A stretch of DNA of 64,000 nucleotides from a virus: positions 64,001 to 128,000 of IMG/VR virus record IMGVR_UViG_3300037245_001077, one strand, 5' to 3'. Every line of letters begins with the position of its first letter. Position 1 is the stretch's first letter. Of the stretch, positions 1-10,896 are shown one piece after another. Made by a program: the position numbers and the translations under genes. The notes under the pieces are model-generated. The model worked only from the letters and a program-made list of their open reading frames with translations. It made no database searches and was not told where the DNA came from.

Positions 1-29
1 AGGTGTAATGGATTAGGGAAAGTGGAAGA

Positions 30-428
30 ATGAAAGCTTTAGTGTGTGGTGGGCGTCACTACGTGAATGGTAATCACGTGTCCTCTGTGCTCGACAAGTT
101 TGACCCTAATGAAGTAGTATGCGGGGGTGCGAGTGGAGCGGACGACCTTGCGGTGGAGTGGGCCAAGAGGCACGGGAAGGTCGTTCACATCTACTTCCCT
201 GACTGGGACAAAGAAGGAAGCGCAGCGGGGCCACTGAGGAATCAGAAGATGTTGGATGGGGAAAAGCCTGATGTTGTGATAGCTTTCCCCGGTGGCAGGG
301 GTACGGACGATACGATTAGAAGGGCGCATAAGGCAGGCATTTGCGTATGGGTGTCGAAGGATCCCTCGAAAGAGACATGGGACTTCACGCCCACTTGGAG
401 TAACTATGAGAAGGATCCTAAGCAATAA
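30..428 (+). CDS. DUF2493/YspA-like SLOG family protein
   Basis: Motifs VCGGR, GGASGAD, W..G..AGP.RN..ML and AFPGGRGT. Confidence 0.8.
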   Translation: MKALVCGGRHYVNGNHVSSVLDKFDPNEVVCGGASGADDLAVEWAKRHGKVVHIYFPDWDKEGSAAGPLRNQKMLDGEKPDVVIAFPGGRGTDDTIRRAHKAGICVWVSKDPSKETWDFTPTWSNYEKDPKQ

Positions 429-624
429 GGCACAGTGTCTCCGTTGTGGAGACATTATTGAGTCCAAGCACCGTCACGATTTCGTGTGGTGCTCTTGTAA
501 GGGTATCGCTGTTGATGGCGGTAGGGACTACTTGCGTAGGGTGGCTAGTGATATGGCCCTCCTCAAAGACTTGAGTGAAGAAGAAGTGTACTTTGAGGAG
601 GGTGAGGATGACAGTCGAGATTAG
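406..624 (+). CDS. Conserved small Cys-rich phage protein
   Basis: C..CGDIIES.HRHDFV.CSC...AVDGG.DYLRR; start moved to ATG 406 after GGAG. Confidence 0.65.
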   Translation: MRRILSNKAQCLRCGDIIESKHRHDFVWCSCKGIAVDGGRDYLRRVASDMALLKDLSEEEVYFEEGEDDSRD

Positions 625-862
625 TCTTATAGGTCTTTCGGCGGTTTTGCTAGTTATAGCCTTTTTTATCAGTTACTTACTGTATCTTGTAAGGGCTAAC
701 CAGCATAGGTTTAACAAGGAGCGTCGTGTAATGACAGACCGTCATATAAGAGATCTTCTAATCCTTTCGAAGGAGTATTCGCGGGTGTTGAAGAAGAGTA
801 GAGCGTGGAAGCAGACTGCCAAAAAGTATTGCAACCTATACAAGGAGAAAGCCAATGTTTGA
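608..862 (+). CDS. Hypothetical membrane protein
   Basis: N-terminal hydrophobic helix, in a tightly packed operon. Confidence 0.5.
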   Translation: MTVEISLIGLSAVLLVIAFFISYLLYLVRANQHRFNKERRVMTDRHIRDLLILSKEYSRVLKKSRAWKQTAKKYCNLYKEKANV

Positions 863-1421
863 AGAGATGGATGACGTGTTCGACGTAGAGCATGACTTGA
901 GTGATCTGGAGAATGAGGCACGGGAAGAAGAGGGCAGCATCATTGTTTCTGCTCGTGTTCTGGAGAACTTACTAGAACAGATTCGGTTGGTTCAAGAAGA
1001 GCTGAACGACTACCATATCAGGGATGCCGAAACGGAGGGATGGGTGTCTCTCCCGAGGAATAGGTATCTGCGACTCTTAGGTCTTGATTTGGAAAATCGT
1101 GATCTTATTCGTAAGAATGAAGAGTTGACAGAAGAACTTGAGGACTGGGGTCAACCTGATCAATTCATCGAGCAACCTCCTTCCCAGGAAGAGATTGAGT
1201 TTGATGGACCGTTAGGTACCTTTGATACTACTAGTGTGTCTTCACAGATGGACCCTAACAAGTACAGAGTGTATAGCCCTATGGGGCATGTAGATGCGAG
1301 TGGTTTGGGCATGGGTGTTAATACTCCACCTCTGTTGTGGAAAGATACCTCTATGCTTGGTGAAAAGGATATTCAGATAATTGTTGACGAGGTGATGCGT
1401 AAACTGGGTAGGAGGGAATAA
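855..1421 (+). CDS. Hypothetical acidic protein
   Basis: SD AAGGAG; overlaps neighbouring stops/starts. Confidence 0.6.
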   Translation: MFEEMDDVFDVEHDLSDLENEAREEEGSIIVSARVLENLLEQIRLVQEELNDYHIRDAETEGWVSLPRNRYLRLLGLDLENRDLIRKNEELTEELEDWGQPDQFIEQPPSQEEIEFDGPLGTFDTTSVSSQMDPNKYRVYSPMGHVDASGLGMGVNTPPLLWKDTSMLGEKDIQIIVDEVMRKLGRRE

Positions 1422-1684
1422 TGGTTGAATTTGCTGGTATGACTGAGGAGCGGTACGAACAATTACTTGAGAGTAGCCCACTTGAGCGTAGGGGAGCCTC
1501 TGAGGAGATCTGGGCTGACCTCAAGCGCGTGCGTGGGGTGCTCACCGAGATCCGTAGGGCACACTATCTGCCTTTGGACTGGCCGATCAAAGAGGATAAT
1601 CCGGAGATTACGGACGAGGAGTATACCAACCGGGTGTTCCATTACCGGGAACGTGGTATTGCTTGTGTAGGAGACTTGAGGTAG
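1421..1684 (+). CDS. Hypothetical protein
   Basis: TAATG coupling to upstream gene, SD GGAGG. Confidence 0.55.
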   Translation: MVEFAGMTEERYEQLLESSPLERRGASEEIWADLKRVRGVLTEIRRAHYLPLDWPIKEDNPEITDEEYTNRVFHYRERGIACVGDLR

Positions 1685-1691
1685 GAACTCG

Positions 1692-1720
1692 TTGACATTA
1701 CCTAGGACTTCTGGTACTGT
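1692..1720 (+). promoter_or_regulatory. sigma70-type promoter
   Basis: TTGACA-17 nt-TACTGT with TG extension, followed by SD AGGAGGT and ATG 1738. Confidence 0.7.
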
Positions 1721-4700
1721 AAAACGTAGGAGGTAAGATGACGGTTGATGAACTAAGAGAAGCCCTCATGTACATGGACTCGGACGCAGAGGTGTTACTG
1801 ACTGATGGTGTTCATTTCCTGCGTAGATTTGCTATTGACCGAATGGAAACAGATAACGCTAATTCTGTGCATAAAGTCCCTCCTGTTGTCCTTGTGGCTA
1901 AAGAACCTCCTGAAGTCCCTTGGTGGGATGAAGCTCATCGGGAAGAGCATGGATATTAACACCTTCGATGATGTGGAGAAGTTCTTGGATAAGTTCCAAG
2001 ATCCCACACGTGAGGAAGAACTCATCCTAGAGACATTAGGTATCGATCCTACTGGAATTCAGATTTATTTCATGCGTAGACTACTAATGAAGACTTACCG
2101 TTATGGTAAAGAGCATGGATATGCTGGATCGTTGGATGTGATACGGAGGAGATGATGATGGGTTGGGATAGACTAGAAAACAGATATAGGGCAATAGTGT
2201 TGGCCGTAGTAGTTGTGCTCGGGGGAGCTAGTATACTTGTAGCTATCGCCATGACGTTCAACTGGCACCTACACAGGGCTTCTGTAGAGGAGTTCATGGC
2301 TAAGGAAGCGGGTGAGCACCAGAAGCTTATTGCAGAGCATGAGGTTGACTGTCCTGCTCTAAAGGGTGATACTCATTACGTTATCTTGACGGAAGAGGAG
2401 ATAGCTTTGAGGAATACTGCCAGGGTAAAGCGAGTAGAGTTTATTCGGCACGCTAGTGAGGCTTTGGGGGCTGAGTGGGAGGAACCTGACGTGAGGAGAT
2501 TTATCATGTATGGAGAACCGTTAGAATAATGACTACAATCATTATAACCCTGTTGGTAGTGTTCGTTCTTGGGGTTGCATTAATAAGTGTTGGTAAACAA
2601 TTACTTACGAGCCTTGTAACCGCGATCATACACATCAGGGAGGAACGAAAGTGAGCGATCTACCAGAGCTGTTACAGATAGTGTGGGAAGACTTTAAGGC
2701 ATCAGACGACTCGTATATGTGGCGTGTGGTGCTTTTTGGCGTTTTAGTAATTTCGGTCATAGGGATAGTGGGGTTAGCTATTTATGCCGCATAAAGATGG
2801 GAAATGGTATATCATGGGGCGCGAGGGTGTTGAGGTCTCAGGCACGCGAGGTAAGTCAAAGGATGAGACCACAAGTAAGCTCTGCGAGCAGATGGATATG
2901 CTGGATGGTATCCATCACGATTGGATCTTCTGGAGTAAGCGAGGGTATAAGCTCCGAAAGGACTAGTATGAAGCTGACACTCAACAGGCTATGGTTCTAC
3001 GCGGAGATTGCAGACGAGTGTAGATACCTGGCCGAAGACTTCAATAACGTCGTTAAACGGTACGACATAGACTTCAGGGTTAGTGATACTGAAGATGTCT
3101 TTGTGAACATGAAAGACAAGCTCATAGAGATCACTGGGAGCTATACGACGTATAACTCAGGTGGGTACGCCGACTACCAAGATTACACCATTCAGATCCC
3201 TTTTGGGTTTATTGAAGACCCAATAGAGTGGCAAGATGAATGGGAAGAGAAGCAGCATCAGGAGATGCTGGATAAGATCCAGAAAAAGGTTGAGGACAAG
3301 CGGAAGAAAGAAGATAGCCTTGAGGCCCACGACAGGGCCGAGTATGAGCGTTTGAGGGAGAAGTATGAAGATCTATGAGGGAGTACCTAAACATGTTGAT
3401 GAGTTGGTGGCTATGACGTGTGATAGGTGTGGTCGTAAAGCAAAGGTTAGTGATGTCGCGCTGATCAACAACTTTCAGACCATCACGGCTGTAGGGGCCT
3501 ACGGCTCTGAGCTGATTGGAGACCTAAGGAAGGTGGAAGTAGACTTATGTGAGAGCTGCTTTGACGCTACTCTTGGCCCTTACTGGAAAGTGGTTGAAGA
3601 GTGTGTGGACATGGGAGGGATATGAGAATTGCAGAACGTCAGATCTGGTATCTGTTGAATACCCTTAGAGATACGTTGACTATCGAGGGGGGGATATTTT
3701 CGGTCTCTCGGGAGTCACGGTTGGCTCTTTACAACGATATCATCAACCAACAGCCCAACGTAATCAGGGAATTTGTTGACAATACCGAGCTTTGTGTGGT
3801 ACAACAAGAGGGTGATGAAAAAGGAGAGTCCAATGCAGTTACAGAAGACGACCAATAAGGCTAAGATTGTGAACGTGAAGCCTTTGAAGAAGGGCACCAA
3901 GGTCCAGTGGTCCTCACAGGCCGGTGGTATGCGTACCACGAAGACCGGGACCATTGTATGCGTGTTGAAGAAGGACACGAACTACTACGGGGGTAATAGC
4001 TTTCCGCAGAACTTCATGATCCCGTTTTTCCGTGAGCGCCATAATGACACTATTGCAGAAGCACAAGTGCAATTTGCCGAGGGGAATGTGTGGAAGAATG
4101 AGTGGGCGATGCAATCCGTGTATCGCATGAAGTTTGACCTTCGTGGTGAGATGTATCGTAATACCGTGCATTATCTTGTAGCTGTAGAGCAAGGTCACGG
4201 ACAGAAGCCGCATTTGTATCACCCGGCGAATTACACGGCGCTCAAGGTTGTGAAGTAGTTGTTCCTTCTTTGATTCCTTCCTTTTCGAGGAACACTTCTT
4301 CGGCCCGCACGGGCGTTATGACCTCGTGCGGGTTTTTGTTAAGGAGACAAGGTGACCAATTACCACTATCGCAAGTATGAAGGCGCTCCTCATAGTGAGA
4401 AGAAGCGCCACGCCGCTCAACCCCCCTCCAAGCTGGGTCCGAGAAAGACTTCACATGATCGTCCTGTTCGACACATTAAGAGTCTCTCCTCTCTAGCCCC
4501 TCATGATAGTCGATGGTGGTGGTCGTCGCGTAAACGCTCCTCCCCCATCAATCCTCATGTAGGCTACCCGCTATCCACCTATCAGCTCTACAGCGCAGCA
4601 GAGCACGTTATACGTCGCCTGAAGGCTAATTTGATAGAGGACACTACTCTTAAGATCTATTGGGTAGAGGCGCAGGCTACTCATGCTCAACTCACTCCAG

Positions 4701-5152
4701 TCTTTCATAATTTCACAGGTATAGTTAGTTGGTTGTTATACGAGGGCTTATCCCGAGGGTGGCTTACAGTAGAAACCTACTGGACTCCCAAGTCCACTTG
4801 GAGGGGTAAGGTTCACCCTGCCGAGCACCTCGCAAAGCTCAATAAGCGGTGATGACAAGATGCTTTTGCGCTTGATTAAGTGTGTGGTATTTTTTCCTGT
4901 TTTAGCAGGAGCACAAAGGCAATATGCAGTTAGGACAAATCATGAGTATACGACCTTCCAAACAAATACGGGAGCAAGTACGAGTTGCTTTCGAATCCAA
5001 TCCTACGCACGGTTATAAGCCTGCCGAGTTAGTAGCAAAGGTGGGGTTACAAGCAGGAACAGTAGCCATGGCAGTTTGGGATCTAATAGATGCAGGGGAA
5101 ATTTTCATCAACAAAGAGAAGAGGATGGAACTTACCACTGATGAGACGTTGA

Positions 5153-5353
5153 ATGCCTCTCTATCCGTATAAATGTGAACGGTGTGGGGGAATGAAAGAG
5201 GAAATTCAGCCAGTGGGGGCTGCTCCTCTTGTCTGTTGCGGTGTAGACATGCAACGGGTTATTTGTGCGCCTGCTATTAAGTTTCTTGGTAGTGGTTGGT
5301 ATGTTAATGATTCGCAGCCGACAGAGGTAGCCCTAGAGCAGGAGGACGTATGA
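5153..5353 (+). CDS. FmdB-family zinc-ribbon protein
   Basis: MPLY.YKC..CG...E....CCG..M.R.I..PAIKF.GSGWY.ND signature. Confidence 0.8.
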   Translation: MPLYPYKCERCGGMKEEIQPVGAAPLVCCGVDMQRVICAPAIKFLGSGWYVNDSQPTEVALEQEDV

Positions 5354-5557
5354 AGAGAGAGCTATTAGACCGTGTTTACGCTTTTCTGAACGAAGTGACT
5401 CCTGTTACTACCAAATCAACTACGGGTAGGGTTACGCAGAATATGCCTGCTGTCTCAGCTAGAGGTAGCTCTGAGGCGAGTAAGCATGGTAAGTCTGCCA
5501 ATACCATGACCCGGAGAGCACTTAATGTGAAACCAGTGGCCGGTATAGGAGAATAGG

Positions 5558-5914
5558 ATGGATGTTTTCATGTCGGATGACCCAGAAGTACTGGTCTTCC
5601 ACAACCCTATCTTTAGGGAACATGACCTAAACACCACCGTTCGCCCAGGTACGGAGTTGGCTGCCAAGCTAGAGCTTGGAATGGCATTGCGTGTTGAGGA
5701 TGGAACGGGTGAGTTAGTAGGGACGGCAAACGTGGAGGGCATTTTAATAACTCACGTAGAGACAGTGCCGAGTAGTTGGTTGTTGTGTGACCATGACCCT
5801 TTGTGCAGAGATCTATCAGGGTTGATACGTGAAATGCGTAGGTGTTACGGCAACCGCAGTGTTATTGACCCAGTAACAGTAATTCTGTTCACATATACTC
5901 CTGAAGGAGAGTAA
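5558..5914 (+). CDS. Possible ASCH/PUA-like domain protein
   Basis: TTVR motif and C-terminal 'L...M...Y....VTVI.F' pattern. Confidence 0.4.
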   Translation: MDVFMSDDPEVLVFHNPIFREHDLNTTVRPGTELAAKLELGMALRVEDGTGELVGTANVEGILITHVETVPSSWLLCDHDPLCRDLSGLIREMRRCYGNRSVIDPVTVILFTYTPEGE

Positions 5915-6261
5915 AGTGTACGACGACAATAGCCGTATGGGGCTACATTTTCACATGTACTTCATTCCGTATATGCCACCTGCCGAGGTGACTAATCTAA
6001 TTATTGAGCAAATGGCTAAGGAGTATCGTAACCTTCAGATAAAGTGCAAAGCTTTTGATGATGCCTTAGCTGATCTGGAAGACCGTTATGCCGAAGAGAT
6101 GTATCCCAATCCAGATTGGGAAGAGAAAGATCTGTCAGAGAGGGACCAGGACTTGGTTTCCCGCATTAAAGGACAGACCGTTAGACTAGCTTGTGAGAAG
6201 CTCCGAAAGACTGCTGAGGAGCTGTGCAAGGCCAACGGGGTTATAAAAAGCTGAAAAACAC

Positions 6262-6290
6262 TTGACTACATCCGCATCTTCATGTACCGT
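6262..6290 (+). promoter_or_regulatory. sigma70-type promoter
   Basis: TTGACT-17 nt-TACCGT. Confidence 0.5.
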
Positions 6291-8683
6291 GGTACCTGGA
6301 GATGTGGAGTTGTGCCATGAGTGATTTCAAAGGAACCCTTGTTGTGACTATGCGATTCGACATACCTGTGCGTGCAGGTATGTACCAAACGGTGTTGAAG
6401 GAGAAGGGCGTAGTAACGCCTGACGATATCATTCGCATCGAAGAGCAGAATTACCTGGACAATGCGGACGACTACCTTGAGATCATGGGGGATCATGTGT
6501 CTGAAGTGTCATTTGATTTTCTGCCAGAGTCGAAAGGGGTAAAGCGTGAGTGACGATCTGTTGATTGACGATGATGAGTTGCTACCGGGTGAACTTGCTT
6601 TCACTTCTGCGGATCTCGAACGGCAAATAACAGACTTAACTGCGGTTTTGAAAAGGAAAGACGAGGAAGCCGAGCGTAGCTTGACTCAACTTCAACTCGA
6701 CGCTAACGCTGAGTATAAGCTGATAGTGAAAGAGCGACAGATGATTGAGGAGGAGCTAAATACTCTCAAAACCAACTTTGGGCGGTTAGAGGTAGAGGGC
6801 GAGAATATAAGTCTCGAAGGTAAACAGGTATTTGACCGTCTCGTGGAATTGGATAAAGAACGCATGATTGGGGTTCTGGCTATCCGCTTTCTCGCTCGAC
6901 GGATATCTGATGGTTTGATTTCTGTAGGTGCCTTACCCAATATCGACAAGAATATCTATGTGGCTCTTAGGGCGTGGGCAGAGAAAGCCACACCCCCCTT
7001 CTTTGAGGATGGCTGGCCCGAGGACAAGGCTCTTGGTGAGATACTAATGGAGATGTTTAAGGTTACTGGTACAACAGGTTCATATGCAAACATGTCTGGA
7101 AGGATCCAAGAGCTATTGACAGAGGATGAGAGCGAAGACTTCCAGAAGTACATGGACAAGGTACCGATTATTGACCCTCTTGGTATTACGAGTAAGACGG
7201 CTAGGCTGTACGCGAAGATTTCCCCTGAACTGGCAGGTGTCATACCTAAAGCACAAAGCTGGAAGCCTAGGGGGGCAGATGATATTTGAATGTGCAACTG
7301 ATGGATGTACAACTAAAACAGAGCGTAGAAGCCCTAGGCACAAGTACTGTGATGTATGTGCAACTAAAAGGAAGACCGACTATAATAAGGTTTGGTATGA
7401 AACTATTGGTGCTGAATGGAAGAGGATAAACTACTTAGAGAGCCGAGGGGGTATCCTTGTTACACCTAGAACACCGGAAGCTAAAGAGAAGACTAGACAA
7501 AGAGCTTTGAAAAGACACAGAGAGTACCAACAGCGGCCTGAGGTTAGAGAAAGACGTAAAAAATATGAGCAGCGGGCTAAAGTAGAGGAGCGTAATATTG
7601 GTTTGAGGGCAGAAATTATTGTTCTCCGCAGAGAACGCCGTCTTCAAGAGGAACGTGACGGTGGGAGACGTTTTTTTAGACGAAGAGCTAAAATTAGTGA
7701 GCCATATCTGCCAAAGCACCTTATATGGGGAAAGCCAGAAGAGGATGAAGTATCGTGAGCAAATCACAGGTTAGTAAGGAGCAGGTGGAGCACTTACATA
7801 AGAGTTGGCGCGGTAGGGGTGGGCGCAGTTCTCTGTATAACCTTGCTAAGAGACATGGAATAACCCTCAATGAAGCTTACGTGATTTTGAGTAGTCCCTT
7901 GCACGCTGCCACGAAGAGAGTGGAGATGGGGAAGAAGTTCGTGTCCTACAGGGAGAGATAATGCGAATCAAGGTCAATTGGTTTGTACGCTTCGTGGCTA
8001 AGGTGGCTAGAGTTGATCTTGATAGCTACGCCTGTGAGGACAAGAAGGACAAGAAGAGAGGCAGTGTAGACTTCAGTAAGGTAATGGCACAGCCGTTGCT
8101 ACCTCCCCGGCTTCAGTCAGACCTTAAGAGGATCATAGAGGAACAAGCAGAGCTAGCTGAGAAAATCACGGGGGTTAACCAACCACATACGGGAAGATCA
8201 CTAACGCAGGCTGGACAATGGAATGAAACAACCTTCACGGTTGGTACGGCTGAGGATCCCCAAGAGCTGTTAGAGAACATCTACTGGCCTGTGACTAAGG
8301 GTAATGGCCCTGGTGAGGTTACAGTAGACCCGTTGTCACAGGCGCGTGAGGATGCCCTTGAGGAGATCAATAGGCAGTACGCTATCCCTAAGGAGCTATG
8401 GGATAAGTTCAGGACTGAGGAGCAGATGGGGAAGTACTACCGGGAGCAGTTAGAGGAGTACATCCTTGCTAACGCACAGTCCGATGCCCCTCCACGTACT
8501 ACAGCGAAAGAGTATGCCGAGGTGGTGTATAGAGCCTTACAGAGAATGAGTGGTGTAGAGACTCCTCCCCGGCTTCAGTTCTCCCCCACACAGGACAAGC
8601 TGATAATCAGCCCTCCTCCGCCTGATCTAGAAGATGATTTGGGCGTAGATGGATGCGAGATACCAGAAGAGATGTTTGATTAG

Positions 8684-9010
8684 TATTATGTTATGTATAC
8701 ACATGACATAGTTATTAACTATAGAACTTCTTTGTTTTCAGCCACTTACAAAAAGCCATGTCAGTTTTGTATATAAACGTACTTGCAGTATGTCCAATTT
8801 ACCGAGGTTACCCGGCGTTATAAGGGTATTTTATTACATAAAATGCATTTAATGTTATTATGTGTATGAGTTACAATGATTATAATCTGTAAGTTCTTTA
8901 GAATCAAGAGGTTAAAAAGTAATAAATACTACATTTAAGATACATAAGGTTTATAAGCCCGGATAACCTACATAGTTATCGTTCATTAGATGCTTTTAGT
9001 GCGAATCAAA
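8684..9010. other. AT-rich non-coding region
   Basis: No ORF, clearly more AT-rich than flanks, with degenerate inverted repeats. Confidence 0.6.
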
Positions 9011-9017
9011 AATGAGT

Positions 9018-9091
9018 ACCCCTGTAGCTCAATGGTAGAGCGTGGTCCTTATAAGGCCGTGACCCGAGTTCAACTCTCGGCAGGGGTACCA
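9018..9091 (+). tRNA. tRNA-Ile(TAT)
   Basis: Cloverleaf ACCCCTG/CAGGGGT, anticodon loop CT-TAT-AA, encoded CCA. Confidence 0.9.
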
Positions 9092-9092
9092 C

Positions 9093-9122
9093 TTGACAAC
9101 TTCGATACTTAGGTGGTATCGT
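9093..9122 (+). promoter_or_regulatory. sigma70-type promoter for tmRNA
   Basis: TTGACA-18 nt-TATCGT with TG extension. Confidence 0.55.
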
Positions 9123-9144
9123 GTTCCTAGCTTATACAGCACGA

Positions 9145-9175
9145 GGGAGGAAGGACGCGATGCGACCAACCTCCC
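9145..9175 (+). repeat. Conserved hairpin motif, copy 1
   Basis: GGGAGG-[AAGGACGCGATGCGACCAA]-CCTCCC; loop nearly identical to the copy at 10897. Confidence 0.7.
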
Positions 9176-9195
9176 GCCATGGTCTTTCAAAATAT

Positions 9196-9536
9196 GGGGG
9201 CGCACTGGTTTTGACAGGGATGTTTGACGAGAGGGAGAAGCGTGTCGTGTTTGCTTTCGGCGTTAACGAAGGCTACTCGTTTAGTTGACGAATTTGAACA
9301 ACTACCCTTAGCGGCATAGTTCCGCTAACGTGGTCCTAGAAACTCCACCTATCTGGAGACCACGCTATTAGGTGGGCTGAGGTTTCCGTGCTCCATTTGC
9401 AGAGGAAGGCGTAAAGCTCATGTAGGTTAACTTCCTCATCTTAAAAGTAGGGCTTGCTTGAGCCTATCAAGCTACACACGTAGAAGGCTCTTAGATCCTT
9501 CCTTGGACGTGGGTTCGATTCCCACCGCCTCCACCA
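9196..9536 (+). ncRNA. ssrA: tmRNA, tag (A)DEFEQLPLAA*
   Basis: 5' GGGGGCG pairs with 3' CGCCTCC-ACCA (G3.U70), T-arm GGTTCGATTCC, tag ORF 9287-9319 ending LAA-stop. Confidence 0.95.
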
Positions 9537-9554
9537 ATTTTTTAAGGAGACAAG

Positions 9555-9872
9555 ATGAAGTTAATCACACAAATTCCCGAGGTAGGTATCCTTCCGAATG
9601 GTTTGTGGTGGAAGTATGTCCCCGTAAGGGATGATTTTTTTCATTTCGCTATAGGTTTTTGTTGGCGTTGGGGGAAACCCTACTACGATGAGTTTGATAT
9701 GAAGGAGAAGGACTTCTCCAGAGGGTTTCGCACGTCTTTACGATTGGTGAAAAAAGGTAGAGAGTATCGACTTATTCCTGAGCTTTTCTTTTGGGAAGAA
9801 GGCCAACAGTATGGGACGAAGCAGTGGTTTGATCGTAAGCTTTGGAGAACGACCGAAAAAATATCGGATTAG
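9555..9872 (+). CDS. Hypothetical protein
   Basis: SD AAGGAG, aromatic-rich 105 aa. Confidence 0.6.
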   Translation: MKLITQIPEVGILPNGLWWKYVPVRDDFFHFAIGFCWRWGKPYYDEFDMKEKDFSRGFRTSLRLVKKGREYRLIPELFFWEEGQQYGTKQWFDRKLWRTTEKISD

Positions 9873-9875
9873 GGG

Positions 9876-9904
9876 TTGACAAATCCTAAAACATATCCGA
9901 TACT
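9876..9904 (+). promoter_or_regulatory. sigma70-type promoter for the large ncRNA
   Basis: TTGACA-17 nt-GATACT, followed by boxA-like GATCTTTGACA. Confidence 0.65.
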
Positions 9905-9949
9905 AACTACCTTGCATGTAAATGCAACGATCTTTGACATTCAGGATAT

Positions 9950-10815
9950 GGCCACATGGGGTCATTAAGGAAACAGGGGAGTAATCCCCTGGAAGGGGTA
10001 ACGAGAGTGTTACGCTCGCCCACCTATCTTCGGGTAGGCCCATCCATGAGAATCGCGGGTAGCCCGAGCCACGGGTGGGTACGTGTGCCCTAACCTGAGG
10101 AGCAAGGTGATTGTACGGTGGTGCTAGATAAGGGACAAACCGGGTCTTCGGGCCACAAGGTAGCTCTTATCGATTCCTAGCAGGGATGCTAGGTAATCAT
10201 CGATCCAATTGTGAATCAGGCCACTCCTAAGCGATAGATACCTTAGTCCGAGGAAATGGCAAACCTAGGGCGGGGTAGCAGTACCATTGAGGTTTGGGCG
10301 GAATTCCCAAAAATCAAGAAGTACGGGTAAAGGGACAGCTAGTCTCGAATGCCAGGGCGCGTGTTGTATTTTGTGGCTCAAAAGGCTACGAAGCGATGGA
10401 CAGGGCACGAACCCAGTGACATTATCACCGTGAAATTCGCCTAATAGCAAGGCGTTTGGCCTTAGGACCAAAAGATGAGGGTGCAATTCCTTCATTTCAC
10501 TTCAAAACGATAAGGAAAGTCCCTGTCGGTCGCTAAGCGAAAGGGGCCTAAGCCTCTCCCCGCAAGGGAAGGGAGGCCACCGAAGCTCCCAAGGCTGAAA
10601 GTGGTCAATGTGGAAATGAAGACCTTGAGACGGCCATCTCAGGACGGACTGGAAACATCGAGTCGCGGAGCGATGACGAAGGAAATGCTACCTTCTTAAA
10701 AAAGCGGTCCTGGTCGAATACTGGAGAGATCCGGTGGATAAGTTGTTAACTGAAGGATGGAACCTTAGGGTACGGCAACAAAAGGTTGACCACAATAATG
10801 GGTAGTCTCACCATT
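9950..10815 (+). ncRNA. Large structured ncRNA, probably GOLLD family
   Basis: ~860 nt with no credible ORF, many GNRA/UUCG hairpins, own promoter, tRNA-array context and nested tRNA-like domain. Segments GTGTTGTATTTTGTGGCTCAAAAGG and terminal GTAGTCTCA resemble GOLLD as I recall it. Ends approximate. Confidence 0.7.
10430..10501 (+). ncRNA. tRNA-like domain nested in the large ncRNA
   Basis: Acceptor GTGAAAT/ATTTCAC, D-stem GCCT/AGGC, anticodon stem TTTGG/CCAAA with 8-nt loop CCTTAGGA, T-arm GAGGG-TGCAATT-CCTTC, no CCA. Confidence 0.75.
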
Positions 10816-10896
10816 TTCTTTTATTCTCTACCAGTGGTAGGGAATCTTCAAAGGCTCGGTGGTGCCCGCCTGGACGAAACCACCCTATTTTGTCCC

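Larger units (their letters stand above)
1738..8683 (+). other. Run of ~20 small, tightly coupled hypothetical early ORFs (e.g. 1738-1959, 1949-2155, 2152-2529, 2968-3378, 3365-3625, 3833-4258, 4352-4852, 4924-5172, 5350-5556, 5916-6254, 6546-7289, 7279-7758, 7755-7961, 7961-8683)
   Basis: Co-directional ORFs with SD sites and ATGA/TAATG overlaps; no recognisable family for most. Confidence 0.6.

Noticed and set aside
10455-10472. Nested tRNA as an ochre/amber suppressor implying a recoded genome
   Set aside because: The loop is 8 nt, there is no CCA, and TAA, TAG and TGA all end intact genes in code 11.
9950-10815. Group I/II intron or rRNA fragment
   Set aside because: It does not interrupt a gene, and I found no recognisable intron core, domain V or rRNA signature; it has its own promoter.
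10823-10884. Riboswitch or hammerhead in the two hairpins after the large RNA
   Set aside because: Only partial resemblance (GCCCGCC, CGAAAC); the fluoride-riboswitch pseudoknot and the CTGANGA core are absent.
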